Positions 16,534 to 26,144 of a stretch of 64,000 bases of DNA are shown here, one piece after another. Origin of the DNA: Myxococcota bacterium (GTDB lineage Bacteria > Myxococcota_A > UBA9160 > UBA6930); contig OZ245015.1 in NCBI GenBank assembly GCA_965223705.1, forward strand, positions 1,472,001 to 1,536,000. Reading direction: 5' to 3'. The position numbers and the translations under genes were made by a program. The number at the start of each line of letters is the position of its first letter. Within the stretch, counting starts at the first letter, position 1. The notes beneath the pieces are model-generated. The model saw nothing but the letters and a program-made list of their open reading frames with translations. It was not told the DNA's origin and searched no databases.

Positions 16534-17136
16534 ATGTTCACCGGCATCATCGAAACCGTCGGACGCGTCGCCCAGTTGCGGGATGAGGGGGGTCTACGAC
16601 GACTGCGGGTTGTGGCTCCTTCGATCCGCGACGGGGTCGCCATCGGCGACAGTATCGCCGTAAACGGCGCCTGTCTGACCGTCACGGAATTCCACGACGA
16701 CGGCTTTTCCTTCGACGCGATTGCCGAGACCCTCGCCCTGACCACGATCGGCGACTTGAACGTCGATTCGGCAGTGAACCTCGAGCGGGCCATGCGCGCC
16801 GACGCGCGTTTCGACGGGCACATCGTGCAAGGCCACGTCGACGAGACCGGGACGGTTTCGAATCTCGAGCGGAAGGGCGACGACGTGCGCCTTTACGTCG
16901 CCTGCAGCCCCGAATTTTCCGAACTGCTCGTGGAGAAGGGCTCGGTCGCGATCGCCGGCGTTTCGCTCACGGTGGTCGGCGTGCGAAGCGACGGCTTCGA
17001 CGTAGCGCTCATTCCCCACACATTGGCGGTGACGACGCTGGGCGAACTCTCCCCGGGCTCGCGGGTCAACCTGGAAGCGGACGTTCTCGGGAAGTACGTG
17101 AATCGCTACCTCCGCCGCGTGGCCGTCTCGTCTTGA
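16534..17136 (+). CDS. ribE: Riboflavin synthase (alpha chain)
   Basis: N-terminal MFTGII, GDSIAVNGACLTV, GHIVQGHVD, VNLEAD. Confidence 0.96.
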   Translation: MFTGIIETVGRVAQLRDEGGLRRLRVVAPSIRDGVAIGDSIAVNGACLTVTEFHDDGFSFDAIAETLALTTIGDLNVDSAVNLERAMRADARFDGHIVQGHVDETGTVSNLERKGDDVRLYVACSPEFSELLVEKGSVAIAGVSLTVVGVRSDGFDVALIPHTLAVTTLGELSPGSRVNLEADVLGKYVNRYLRRVAVSS

Positions 17137-19955
17137 GAGCTCTCGCAGCGGTCTTTTCCCTTGTCTGCCTGCTCGCTCACGCGGGGTTTGCCCAAGAAGC
17201 GAGCCTCGAGAGTGGACCCTGGGCCCGTGCGCTCGATCGCTCGGTCCCGGCCGTCGTCGCACTGCGGGTCGCGGCGACTCGACCTTTCGATACCGAGAGT
17301 GCGCTGGTCTCGAACGCGACGGGCTTCGTGGTGGACGCTGCACGTGGCCTCATCCTGACGAACCGCCACGTGGTGATGCCCGGCCCGGTGACCGCCGAAG
17401 CCGTTTTTCTCAACCACGAGAAGGTGGACGTGTTTCCGGTCTACCGCGATCCGGTGCACGATTTCGGATTTTTCCGCTTCGATCCGAAAGCGATCAAGTT
17501 CATGGAGCTGCGAGAGATTCGCTTGGCACCGGAACGCGCGAGAGTGGGGCGTGAGATCCGCATCCTGGGGAACGATGCCGGCGAAAAACTCTCGATCTTG
17601 GCCGGAACCCTGGCTCGACTCGATCGACAGGCGCCCCGCTACGGGCCGAGCCAATACAACGACTTCAACACGTTCTACTACCAGGCCGCTTCCGGGACCT
17701 CGGGCGGTTCCTCCGGGTCGCCGGTCATCGACCGCAGCGGTCATGCCGTGGCGCTCAACGCCGGTGCGAACCGGCGCGCAGCCTCGAGCTTCTTTCTGCC
17801 GCTGCATCGTGTCGTTCGCGCGCTCTCGTTGTTGCAGTCGGAAGAGACTGTCGCGCGCGGGACGATCCAGACGGTCTTTCGGCACGAGTCCTATGATGAA
17901 CTTCGCCGTTTGGGCCTGCCCGCGGATCTCGAGCGTGTGTCCCGCGAGCGCTTCCACGAGCACTCGGGCCTGCTGGTGGTTCGCAGCACCGTCGCCGGTA
18001 GCCCCGCGCGTCGGCACCTCACTCCCGGCGATATCTTGCTCTCGGTCGACGACGAACCGGTTGCCGCGTTCGAAGCGCTTGAGCAGATCCTCGACGGGGC
18101 CGTCAACCGCGAGGTGTCGCTCGACATCATTCGCGGCGGCGCGCACGTCGAAGCGACACTTCCGGTCGACGATCTCCACGCACTGACGCCGGCCGAATAC
18201 CTGGAGTGGAGCGGCGCGGTCATCCACGCCTTGTCCTACCAACAAGCGCGCAACCACGGCCTGCCCACGGGAAGCCTCTACGTCGCATCGAGCGGCTATG
18301 CACTGTCTCGCGGCGGCATTCCGTCGCGCGCTGTGATCACCCACGTCGGAGGCGAAGCCGCGCAGAACCTGACGGACCTCGAGCGATTGTTGTCCGAACG
18401 GGCAGACGGAGAGCGAATTCCCGTCCGTTTCTTCCGGGTTCGGTCGCCCCGCAGTCCGCAGATCGCCCTCGTGACCGTCGACCGGCGCTGGTTTCCGATG
18501 CAACGCTGCCGACGCGACGATGTGTCGGGTCGCTGGCCGTGTTCGTTGTCCGATCCACCTCCGCCCACACCCGCAGCGGTTCCCGACACCGTGAAGCTCG
18601 ATTTTCGCGGTCCGAAGCCGGCCCGGGCGCTCGCTCGCTCGCTCGTGTTCGTCGAGTTCCACGTTCCGTACAAGACCGACGGCGTTCAGGCGACTTCGTT
18701 CAGCGGAGCGGGGCTCATCGTCGATGCGGAGCGCGGGTTGGTCGTCGTCGATCGTGACACGGTGCCCGTTGCCCTCGGCGACTTGCACATGACCTTCGGC
18801 GGACAGCTCAAGATCCCCGCCGAAGTCGTGTTCCTCCACCCGGAGCACAACTTCACGTTTCTGCGCTACGACCCGAAGCTCATCGGTGAAACCAAGGTGC
18901 GAGCGGCCAAATTGCGCCCGCACCCCCTGCGCACGGGCGATCGCGTGTGGCTCGTCGGGATGAACTCCCGTCAAGACCTGGTCGCCCGAAAGACCCAGGT
19001 CGAACGGCAGGACCCGGTGGCCCTGCCGATCCCCAACCCGCCGAGGTTCCGCCAAATCAACGCCCTCCTGACGACCTTGACCGAGCTTCCGCCCACGGTC
19101 GGCGGCGTCTTGGCCGATCGGCGCGGTCGCGTTCATGCGTTGTGGTCTTCGTTCTCGACGCAGCGGGACGGCGAACCGAGCTCCTTCTTCGGCGGCTTTC
19201 CCATCGGTCCTGTGGTGGATGCGCTCGACGCGGTAAGACAGGGAAGGGCGCTGTCTTGGCGGACCCTCGGCGTCGAGCTCGCTCTCCTACGCGTCGCCGA
19301 TGCGCGCGCCCGGGGACTTTCTCGCGAAGAGGCAGCCCCGTTTTCGGGGTCTGGAGGCCGCGTTCTGGCGATCCGGCGAATCGCCTCGGATGCGCCCGCG
19401 GCATCGCTTCTCCAGGCCGGCGATTTGCTTCTCGGGATGAACGGCGAACCCGCACTCGACCTCCGCAGCGTCCAGCGCGCGTCCCAAGAGCAAACCGTTG
19501 CATTGCGCGTCTTGCGCGACGGCGAGCCCCTCGAGCTCGTGGTCGAGACGTTACCCGTGTCCTCGGTCGGTACGGAGCGAGCGCTGATCTGGGCGGGAGC
19601 GCTGCTGCAAGACCCGCCCCGATTCCTCGCGACACAGCGCGGCCTCGCGCTCTCGGGTGTCTACGTCGCCGCGCGCTGGCGCGGATCGCCGAGTGAGCGC
19701 TTCGGTCTCCAGCCGACCATGCGCATCACGGCGGCGAACGGCCGCCCCACACCCGACCTCGAGGCGTTCCTCGAAGCCGTTCGCGAGATCCCGGATCGGG
19801 GCGCCGTTCGCCTTCGGTTGGTCGATCTTCGGGGGCAGCCGCGGGTCGCGACCCTCGAGACCGATGACCACGACTGGCCATTCCAGATCCTATCGCGCAT
19901 GTCGGACGGTTTGCGTCGCGGGCGGATCGAGCCCGTCGTGGCGCGGGCGCCTTAG
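17133..19955 (+). CDS. Secreted HtrA-family protease with tandem (protease-PDZ-PDZ)x2 architecture, Nma111/Deg7-like
   Basis: Signal peptide; ILTNRHVV (His), DPVHDFGF (Asp), GGSSGSPV (Ser); GNDAGEKLSILAG and YNDFNTFY motifs; second degenerate protease domain. Confidence 0.85.
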   Translation: MRALAAVFSLVCLLAHAGFAQEASLESGPWARALDRSVPAVVALRVAATRPFDTESALVSNATGFVVDAARGLILTNRHVVMPGPVTAEAVFLNHEKVDVFPVYRDPVHDFGFFRFDPKAIKFMELREIRLAPERARVGREIRILGNDAGEKLSILAGTLARLDRQAPRYGPSQYNDFNTFYYQAASGTSGGSSGSPVIDRSGHAVALNAGANRRAASSFFLPLHRVVRALSLLQSEETVARGTIQTVFRHESYDELRRLGLPADLERVSRERFHEHSGLLVVRSTVAGSPARRHLTPGDILLSVDDEPVAAFEALEQILDGAVNREVSLDIIRGGAHVEATLPVDDLHALTPAEYLEWSGAVIHALSYQQARNHGLPTGSLYVASSGYALSRGGIPSRAVITHVGGEAAQNLTDLERLLSERADGERIPVRFFRVRSPRSPQIALVTVDRRWFPMQRCRRDDVSGRWPCSLSDPPPPTPAAVPDTVKLDFRGPKPARALARSLVFVEFHVPYKTDGVQATSFSGAGLIVDAERGLVVVDRDTVPVALGDLHMTFGGQLKIPAEVVFLHPEHNFTFLRYDPKLIGETKVRAAKLRPHPLRTGDRVWLVGMNSRQDLVARKTQVERQDPVALPIPNPPRFRQINALLTTLTELPPTVGGVLADRRGRVHALWSSFSTQRDGEPSSFFGGFPIGPVVDALDAVRQGRALSWRTLGVELALLRVADARARGLSREEAAPFSGSGGRVLAIRRIASDAPAASLLQAGDLLLGMNGEPALDLRSVQRASQEQTVALRVLRDGEPLELVVETLPVSSVGTERALIWAGALLQDPPRFLATQRGLALSGVYVAARWRGSPSERFGLQPTMRITAANGRPTPDLEAFLEAVREIPDRGAVRLRLVDLRGQPRVATLETDDHDWPFQILSRMSDGLRRGRIEPVVARAP

Positions 19956-19959
19956 CGTC

Positions 19960-20664
19960 GTGAGCTTTTCGTCGCGGCTCGCGAGCGTGCTGCGCGCGGG
20001 CGCGGGCAGTCGCGCGCGCAATGCGCGGGTGAACCTTCCACGCGCATCCGAACTTTGGCTCTATGAATTCGAGGCGTGTCCCTTCTGCCGAAAAGTGCGC
20101 GAGCTTCTCACCTTCCTCGATTTGGAGGCCACCATCTTCCCCTGCCCGAAAGGCGGGACACGCTACCGACCCGACGCGATACGCCGCGGCGGCAAAGCGC
20201 AGTTTCCGTTTCTCGTGGACCGTCGCGCCGACTGCCAGATCTACGAATCGGACGCGATCATCGCGCACTTGGCGTCGGCTTACGGGGAGGGTCAGATCCC
20301 CGTCTCCCTAAGGCTGGGACCGGTCACGAGTGCGACGGCTAGCGCAGCTTCGCTGGTCCGAGGCGCGGCGGGAACCTTTGCTCGCCCGAGCCATCCCGCG
20401 GAGCAGCCACTCGTCCTGTACGGCTTCGAGGCATGTCCCGAGACGCGGCCGATTCGGGAAGCCCTCTGTGTCTACGAGGTGCCGTATGTGTTGCGGAACG
20501 CCGCGCCGGGCAGTCGCAGGCGCGGCGAACTCGCGCGACTCTCGGACGGGGGAACCGCGCCCTATCTCGAAGACCCGAATACGGGCGAGGCGCGTGTCGG
20601 CGCGGAGAACGCCGCGGCGTACGTTCGGGCCACATACGCCGCGGCGAGCCCCGCTGCTTTCTAG
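19960..20664 (+). CDS. Protein with two glutaredoxin/GST-N thioredoxin-fold domains
   Basis: YEFEACPFCRKVRE...QFPFLVD...YESDAII and a second copy YGFEACPETRPIRE...APYLEDPNTG. Confidence 0.8.
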   Translation: MSFSSRLASVLRAGAGSRARNARVNLPRASELWLYEFEACPFCRKVRELLTFLDLEATIFPCPKGGTRYRPDAIRRGGKAQFPFLVDRRADCQIYESDAIIAHLASAYGEGQIPVSLRLGPVTSATASAASLVRGAAGTFARPSHPAEQPLVLYGFEACPETRPIREALCVYEVPYVLRNAAPGSRRRGELARLSDGGTAPYLEDPNTGEARVGAENAAAYVRATYAAASPAAF

Positions 20665-21311
20665 CCCTTCATGCCCACTTGTTCGTGGGCGGGATGCAAG
20701 CTCTTCGTTGCGCTGTCCCGACTGCTCATCCGCTCGTACCAGCCCGCGAGGTTCTTGAGCGCTGGGTCCAAGGGCTGACCCACGCCTTGCATGAAGTCGA
20801 GGCAGCCGAAGAGGAAGATGTCCGGCAGCCGCATTTCGTTCCCCGACACGTAGTCGCGACCTTTCATCTGCTCGTCGAGCCAAGCCAGGCCCTTGCGCGC
20901 TTTCTCCTTGAGGCCGTCGGCGGCTTCGGGAATGCAGTGCAGCCGGTCCTTGAAGATCTCGATGCCCTCGGCATAGCGGAACGCGTTGTACATGTGCTCC
21001 GTGATGCCGAGCTCGATCCGGCGCTGCCACTGGCTCGTGTTCGCGCGTTCCTCGGGTGTCGCTCCGATGAGCACGGGCGTCGGGTGCTTCTCTTCGAGGT
21101 ACTCGCAAATCGTGACCGTCTCGCCGATCACTGTACCGTCGTCGAGCTCGAGCGCGGGCATTTGACCACCGGGGTTTTCGTCCGTGTACGGCGGGCGGCG
21201 GTTTTCACCACCCATCAAATCCACGTCGCGTGTCGGTAGGTCGAGGCCCTTCTCGATGAGGAACATGCGAACGAGTCGGGGATTGGGTCCAAAGGAGTTA
21301 ACTAGTTTCAC
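20661..21311 (-). CDS. Glutathione S-transferase family protein
   Basis: GPNPRLVRMFLIEKG, NPGGQMPALELDDG, ETVTICEYLEE; GTG start. Confidence 0.9.
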   Translation of the reverse strand: MKLVNSFGPNPRLVRMFLIEKGLDLPTRDVDLMGGENRRPPYTDENPGGQMPALELDDGTVIGETVTICEYLEEKHPTPVLIGATPEERANTSQWQRRIELGITEHMYNAFRYAEGIEIFKDRLHCIPEAADGLKEKARKGLAWLDEQMKGRDYVSGNEMRLPDIFLFGCLDFMQGVGQPLDPALKNLAGWYERMSSRDSATKSLHPAHEQVGMKG

Positions 21312-21342
21312 GGGATCTCCAGTTGCTTGGGGTAGTGCGCCG

Positions 21343-22959
21343 TCAGGAACGGCGGGATTCGCCCGAAGGCGTAAACACGTTGTCAGCGGTTTTCGAGAAC
21401 GCCTCGAGGAGGAAACGCTCTTGCGGTTTCTCCGAGGCGGTTTTGGGGATCTCGTCGACCATCTGCAGGAAACTCGGAACGAAATTCGGTTCGAGGCCTT
21501 CGCGGCAGCGAGCAAAAACGGTTTCGGCGTCGCACGTGGTGCCCTCTGCCGATACGATAGCGGCGACGACGTCTTTTTCGCCCGGCGCGCCCGAAGCTGC
21601 CGGAACGCCGTACACAAACACATCCGACACGCTCGGGACCTCGGCGATGACTTTCTCGACGTAGCCGGGGTGCACGAAGTCGCCGTTGTGGCGGATGCCG
21701 CCGCCATCTCGGTAATCGAAAAACAACCAGCCGTCCTCGTCGGCGTGACCGATATCGCCGCTTCGCAGCCAACCGCCTCGGGTTTTCTTCTCCGAGGCAT
21801 CGGGCTTGTTGTAGTAGTTGACGACCGGGGCTTCGCCGCCTTGCGGTCGCGAGCAGATTTCTCCGCGCACGAAGGGCGGGCACTCGACATCATTCTCATC
21901 GAGGATCTTCATCTCGAGGCCCGGGCCGGCTTTGCCGAACGACCCCACGGGTCCTTGGCCGATGGGCTTCACCGCCAGGCCGCCCTCGACCGCGCCGTAC
22001 CACTCGAGAATGTCGACACCGAAGCGTCGTTCGAACGCTTCCCAGATCGTGGGGGGCATACCGGCGCTCGTCACCATGCGCACGGGGTTGTCGGCGTCGT
22101 CGGGCTTCTCCGGCTCGGAGTAGATCGCGGTTGCCATCCCGCCGAGGAGGGAGAACGTCGTGCAGCCATGCTTTCGGCAGATGTCGAGCAAGCGAGATTT
22201 CGTGAAGCGGCGACTGATCACCGCCGGAAGCCCCATTCCCATCGCGTTGCCCAGAGTGACCGCCTGGGCGTTGCCGTGGGTGAGCGAAAGGCCGGTGTAC
22301 AGAATGTCTGAACGATCGAAATGGAACAGCAACTCGCCGAGGCGCGAGAACAGTCCAAAGCGCCCGTTGTCCATCACCACGCCCTTGGGATCGCCCGTGG
22401 TGCCCGACGTGTAGATGATCTGGAGCGGCGCCTTCGCATCGTCGAGGCGGCAGTCCGCGGGCTTCGCTTCCTCGAGAACACCGCCGAGCGCTTCGACGCC
22501 GGGCCAGTCGCTGACTCCAGGTGCGTCGTCTTCACCGGTTTCCGCAGCGAGGACGAAGCGCACATCGGGGAGTTCCGCGCGGACCTCGTCCCACTGCCGG
22601 AGGTTGTAGTCGGCGAGCACCACGGCTTCCGACCCCGAGTTGCGGAGCGTGTAGCCGAGCTTTTCTCCGCGCATCCGGGGATCGATGGGCACGAACACGG
22701 TTCCCGAGAGCGACGCGGCGATCATCGCTTCGACGAACTCCGGGTGGTTCCGCATCATCAGACCGAAACGGTCGCCGCGCCCGAGGCCGCGGTCGGACAA
22801 CACCGCGGCGAGCCGACGCCCCCGGTCGAGGAGCTCGGCGAATGTACGTGTCTCGTCTTCTCGGCCGGCGCACTCGAATGTCAGAACGCGAAAGTCGGGG
22901 TCGCTCTCGGCGCGCGCCGAGGCGATCGCCGCCAGCGTTCCGTCGGGGGGAGAGGTCAA
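21343..22959 (-). CDS. AMP-dependent acyl-CoA ligase (CaiC-like)
   Basis: YTSGTTGDPKG, WYGAVEG, WLRSGDIG, PKTASEKPQ. Confidence 0.9.
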   Translation of the reverse strand: MTSPPDGTLAAIASARAESDPDFRVLTFECAGREDETRTFAELLDRGRRLAAVLSDRGLGRGDRFGLMMRNHPEFVEAMIAASLSGTVFVPIDPRMRGEKLGYTLRNSGSEAVVLADYNLRQWDEVRAELPDVRFVLAAETGEDDAPGVSDWPGVEALGGVLEEAKPADCRLDDAKAPLQIIYTSGTTGDPKGVVMDNGRFGLFSRLGELLFHFDRSDILYTGLSLTHGNAQAVTLGNAMGMGLPAVISRRFTKSRLLDICRKHGCTTFSLLGGMATAIYSEPEKPDDADNPVRMVTSAGMPPTIWEAFERRFGVDILEWYGAVEGGLAVKPIGQGPVGSFGKAGPGLEMKILDENDVECPPFVRGEICSRPQGGEAPVVNYYNKPDASEKKTRGGWLRSGDIGHADEDGWLFFDYRDGGGIRHNGDFVHPGYVEKVIAEVPSVSDVFVYGVPAASGAPGEKDVVAAIVSAEGTTCDAETVFARCREGLEPNFVPSFLQMVDEIPKTASEKPQERFLLEAFSKTADNVFTPSGESRRS

Positions 22960-22967
22960 GGGCGCTG

Positions 22968-24197
22968 TTACTTCTGGAGAATGGTCACGCTCATCGCCGC
23001 CGCGTCATTGCCGATGCTGCCGCCGCCGTTCTGCGCCATGCCGACCTTGGCGTTGGGCACCTGGCGGGCATCGCAAAGGCCGCGGAGCTGCTCGGTGAGC
23101 TCCGTGATTTGCGCGAGTCCCGTCGCGCCCACCGGGTGTCCTTTGCGGAGGAGACCGCCGCTCGGATTCACCGGGAGGCGACCGCCCAAACGCGTGTCTC
23201 CGGAATCGATCAAGCTTCCGCCTTGGCCTTCCTCACACAGTCCGAACTCTTCGTAGTAGTGGAGTTCCGCGGGAGCGGATGCGTCGTGACATTCGATCAC
23301 CGACAGATCGTCCGGCCCGACGCCCGCCGCTTCGTAGGCCTCGCTCACGCACAGAGCGACCGTGCCGGGTTCGTCGGCTTCGTGGTCCCAGCCGGAGTGG
23401 AGCACGGTCGATGCGATCCGAATCGGCTGACGCACGCCGAGTTCCCGCGCTTTCCGTTCGCTCATCACGATTGCCGCAGCAGCCCCGTCGCCGATGGGTG
23501 AACACATCGAGCGGGTCAGCGGCTCCGCGATCATCCGATCGGCGAGTACTTCGTCGACGCTCAGCGACGTCTGGAACTGCGCTTTCGGGTTCAGGCTGCC
23601 GTGGAAAGCGTTCTTCGCGGCGACCGCGGCGAACTGCGCTGCCGTCGTTCCGTAGGTCTGCATGTGTTTGCGCGCCGAAGCGGCGTAGAAATCCATGAAC
23701 ATGCTGCGCTTGTCGCCGGCACCTTCCGTCGCCTTTTCGGCCCCGGCCGCGGCGGCGTTCTTTTTCAGGTTGGCGACGATTTCGGCCATCTCTTCCGTGT
23801 CGACGGCGCTGCCGATCGCGCGGAAGCTCCGGGTCTTGTCCTCGTGGTAGAGCTTCTCGACGCCGAGAGCCAACACGACGTCGTACACGCCGGCGCCGAC
23901 CATCGCCGTCGCCTGGTGGAACGCCGTGGAGCCGCTGGCGCAGGCGTTTTCGACGTTGATCACGGGGATCGTGCCGATGCCCGCCGAGCGGAGCACGACC
24001 TGGCCGCGAATGCATTCCTGGCCCGTGACGAGACCGGCCATCGCGTTGCCGACGTAGGCCGCCTCGATGGCTTGGGGCTCTATGCCGGCGTTCTCGATCG
24101 CAGCGAGTACGGCCTCGCGACCGAGGGCCTTGAGTCCGATGTCCAAGTGCTTGCCGAACCGCGTCATTCCGACGCCGGCGATAACAGGGCGCTCCAT
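22968..24197 (-). CDS. Thiolase family protein (SCP-x type)
   Basis: NVENACASGS, CSPIGDGAAA, ECHDA, NPSGGLLRKGHPVGATG. Confidence 0.92.
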   Translation of the reverse strand: MERPVIAGVGMTRFGKHLDIGLKALGREAVLAAIENAGIEPQAIEAAYVGNAMAGLVTGQECIRGQVVLRSAGIGTIPVINVENACASGSTAFHQATAMVGAGVYDVVLALGVEKLYHEDKTRSFRAIGSAVDTEEMAEIVANLKKNAAAAGAEKATEGAGDKRSMFMDFYAASARKHMQTYGTTAAQFAAVAAKNAFHGSLNPKAQFQTSLSVDEVLADRMIAEPLTRSMCSPIGDGAAAAIVMSERKARELGVRQPIRIASTVLHSGWDHEADEPGTVALCVSEAYEAAGVGPDDLSVIECHDASAPAELHYYEEFGLCEEGQGGSLIDSGDTRLGGRLPVNPSGGLLRKGHPVGATGLAQITELTEQLRGLCDARQVPNAKVGMAQNGGGSIGNDAAAMSVTILQK

Positions 24198-24308
24198 GGG
24201 GTACCTCCGAAGTCGACCCGCATTGTACCAGAGGGGACGGGCGAGATTCGGCGTTGCAGAAGGGGGGCTTCGTGAGGTCTACTGCGGTGTCGCGCCAAGG
24301 AGACCAGC

Positions 24309-25091
24309 ATGGAATTCAAAGAAGTCTTGGGAATCCGTCGATCGATCCGCTATTTCGACCCCGAGCGTCCCGTCGAACGCGAAAAGATCCAGAAAATCCT
24401 CGAAGCCATGCGGATCGCGTCATGCGCGGTCAACGCGCACTGGTTGCGCGCGATCGTGATCAACAAGGAAGACATCCCACCCGACACGATGGAGGCGCTG
24501 AAAACGCCCGTCGCGGCCCTCGTCCAGGAACTCTCGCCGGTCCACATCTACTGCTACATGGACCTCGGCGTCGTCAACCGCATCAAGGGGACGCGGCTGA
24601 AAGAGCTGATCGACGCCGGAGCGCTCAACCCGACTCACGGGTGGAGCTACCAGTTCGTCGACGAGGTGGTCTACCCCACAGTGCTCGCGCCGCTGACAGA
24701 GAATCCGGCGTATCCGGTCGCGGCCGCCTTCGACGCCGGCGGAGCGGCCTTCCAGGGCCTCCTGATGGCGTTCGACGAAGGGCTCGGCGCCTGCTGGACC
24801 GCCTTCAACCCGGAGCCGGTCGCCGAGATGCTCGAAGTTCCCGAAGATTGGGCGCCCCTTTACGTGATGAACCTGGGTTATCCGGCGGAGTCGCGAGAAG
24901 CCGGCGGTCAACGGCCCCGTCCGCCTTTCGAAGAACTCTATTTCGAGGGGCGTTACGGCGAGCCCTTCGCCCGAGATCCGCTGGTCGTGAAAGACCTCGA
25001 AGAGTCGAACATGCTCCAAGACCCGGCACCGCTCCCGAACCGGAAGCAGGAGATTCGCGACATCGCCCGCAAGCTCGGGTTGCCCGAGTAG
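24309..25091 (+). CDS. Nitroreductase family protein
   Basis: RRSIRYF N-terminus, GLGACW, MNLGYP; SD AAGGAG. Confidence 0.85.
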   Translation: MEFKEVLGIRRSIRYFDPERPVEREKIQKILEAMRIASCAVNAHWLRAIVINKEDIPPDTMEALKTPVAALVQELSPVHIYCYMDLGVVNRIKGTRLKELIDAGALNPTHGWSYQFVDEVVYPTVLAPLTENPAYPVAAAFDAGGAAFQGLLMAFDEGLGACWTAFNPEPVAEMLEVPEDWAPLYVMNLGYPAESREAGGQRPRPPFEELYFEGRYGEPFARDPLVVKDLEESNMLQDPAPLPNRKQEIRDIARKLGLPE

Positions 25092-25095
25092 ATTC

Positions 25096-25449
25096 GTGCC
25101 CGAGCAAGCGATCGATTCCTACGACAGCGTCGTGCGCTGGCGAGACGGTCTCATCCGCCAGTGGGGAGGAGACCCCCTCGCCGAGGAGCCCGAGAAGCTC
25201 GAGCACCTCGCTCGCTTTCTCACCTACCTAGGGAAAGACCCCGACGAAGCCGTCGCTTTCTGCTTCCTGCGCCGCAAGGAGACCGGAGAACGCTTCGCCA
25301 GTGCCAAACGCCGAGAAGTCCTGGTCGGCGACCTCCGCGGGTTCCGAGACGAGATGCCCGAGCGTGGGCTGGCGGCCCGCCGCGTCACTGCCAATGTGCT
25401 CTCGTTCTTTATCCACAACGGCATCTTGATCGATCCCGCTATGATCTAG
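25096..25449 (+). CDS. Small helical hypothetical protein
   Basis: 117-aa ORF 4 nt after the nitroreductase; protein-like composition. Confidence 0.7.
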   Translation: MPEQAIDSYDSVVRWRDGLIRQWGGDPLAEEPEKLEHLARFLTYLGKDPDEAVAFCFLRRKETGERFASAKRREVLVGDLRGFRDEMPERGLAARRVTANVLSFFIHNGILIDPAMI

Positions 25450-25529
25450 ACGAAAATTTGCCCCGCGGGGCAATCTGTTCTGGCCCGGCCAGCGTCTTAC
25501 TATGTAGGGAGCTGCTTGAGAGGAGAGCT

Positions 25530-26144
25530 ATGCCGGTGACGCACCCGGGCGTAGAGAGCGGAATCGCAGGTCGCAAGCCCTCACGGAAAATGTTCGCAGA
25601 CAGCGATGCGCCGAATCGCCGGGCCGGGGAGCTCTTGGCCCGTATGGCGCGCGGCGACGAGACGGCCTTGTTACTGCTGTACTCGCAACTCTCGGGCACG
25701 ATCTACGCCTGCACGCTCCGCATTCTGTCGGATGTGGAAGAGGCGAAAGACGCCACCGAAGAGATCTTCTTCCGATTGTGGTCGCGGGCGGATCGCTACG
25801 ACCCGAGTCGCTGCTCAGCGCTGGCTTGGATCCTGACCGTCGCCCGACGTTTTGCGCTCGACCGTAAACGCGCCATCACCCGGCGCGCGAGTGCGATGCG
25901 CCGCCTCGAAGAGGCGGCGCCGCCGGAAGCGAGTTCCCCCGATGGGCTGAATCGTCTCGATCTGCTGGCCGCATTGGAACAACTTTCGAGCAAGGATCGA
26001 GAGCTGCTCGAATCCGCTTACTTCGAGGGACTCACCGGCGCCGAGATCGCGCGCCGTGACGACCTTCCCCTGGGCACCGTCAAAACGCGCATCCGCGCCG
26101 CGGTCGCCCGCCTTCGCAAAGTCTTTCAGGGAGGCTCGCTATGA
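25530..26144 (+). CDS. ECF RNA polymerase sigma factor (SigK-like)
   Basis: Region 2 (EAKDATEEIFFRLW..WILTVARRFALD) and region 4 (YFEGLTGAEIA..LGTVKTRI); ATG after GAGGAG. Confidence 0.92.
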   Translation: MPVTHPGVESGIAGRKPSRKMFADSDAPNRRAGELLARMARGDETALLLLYSQLSGTIYACTLRILSDVEEAKDATEEIFFRLWSRADRYDPSRCSALAWILTVARRFALDRKRAITRRASAMRRLEEAAPPEASSPDGLNRLDLLAALEQLSSKDRELLESAYFEGLTGAEIARRDDLPLGTVKTRIRAAVARLRKVFQGGSL

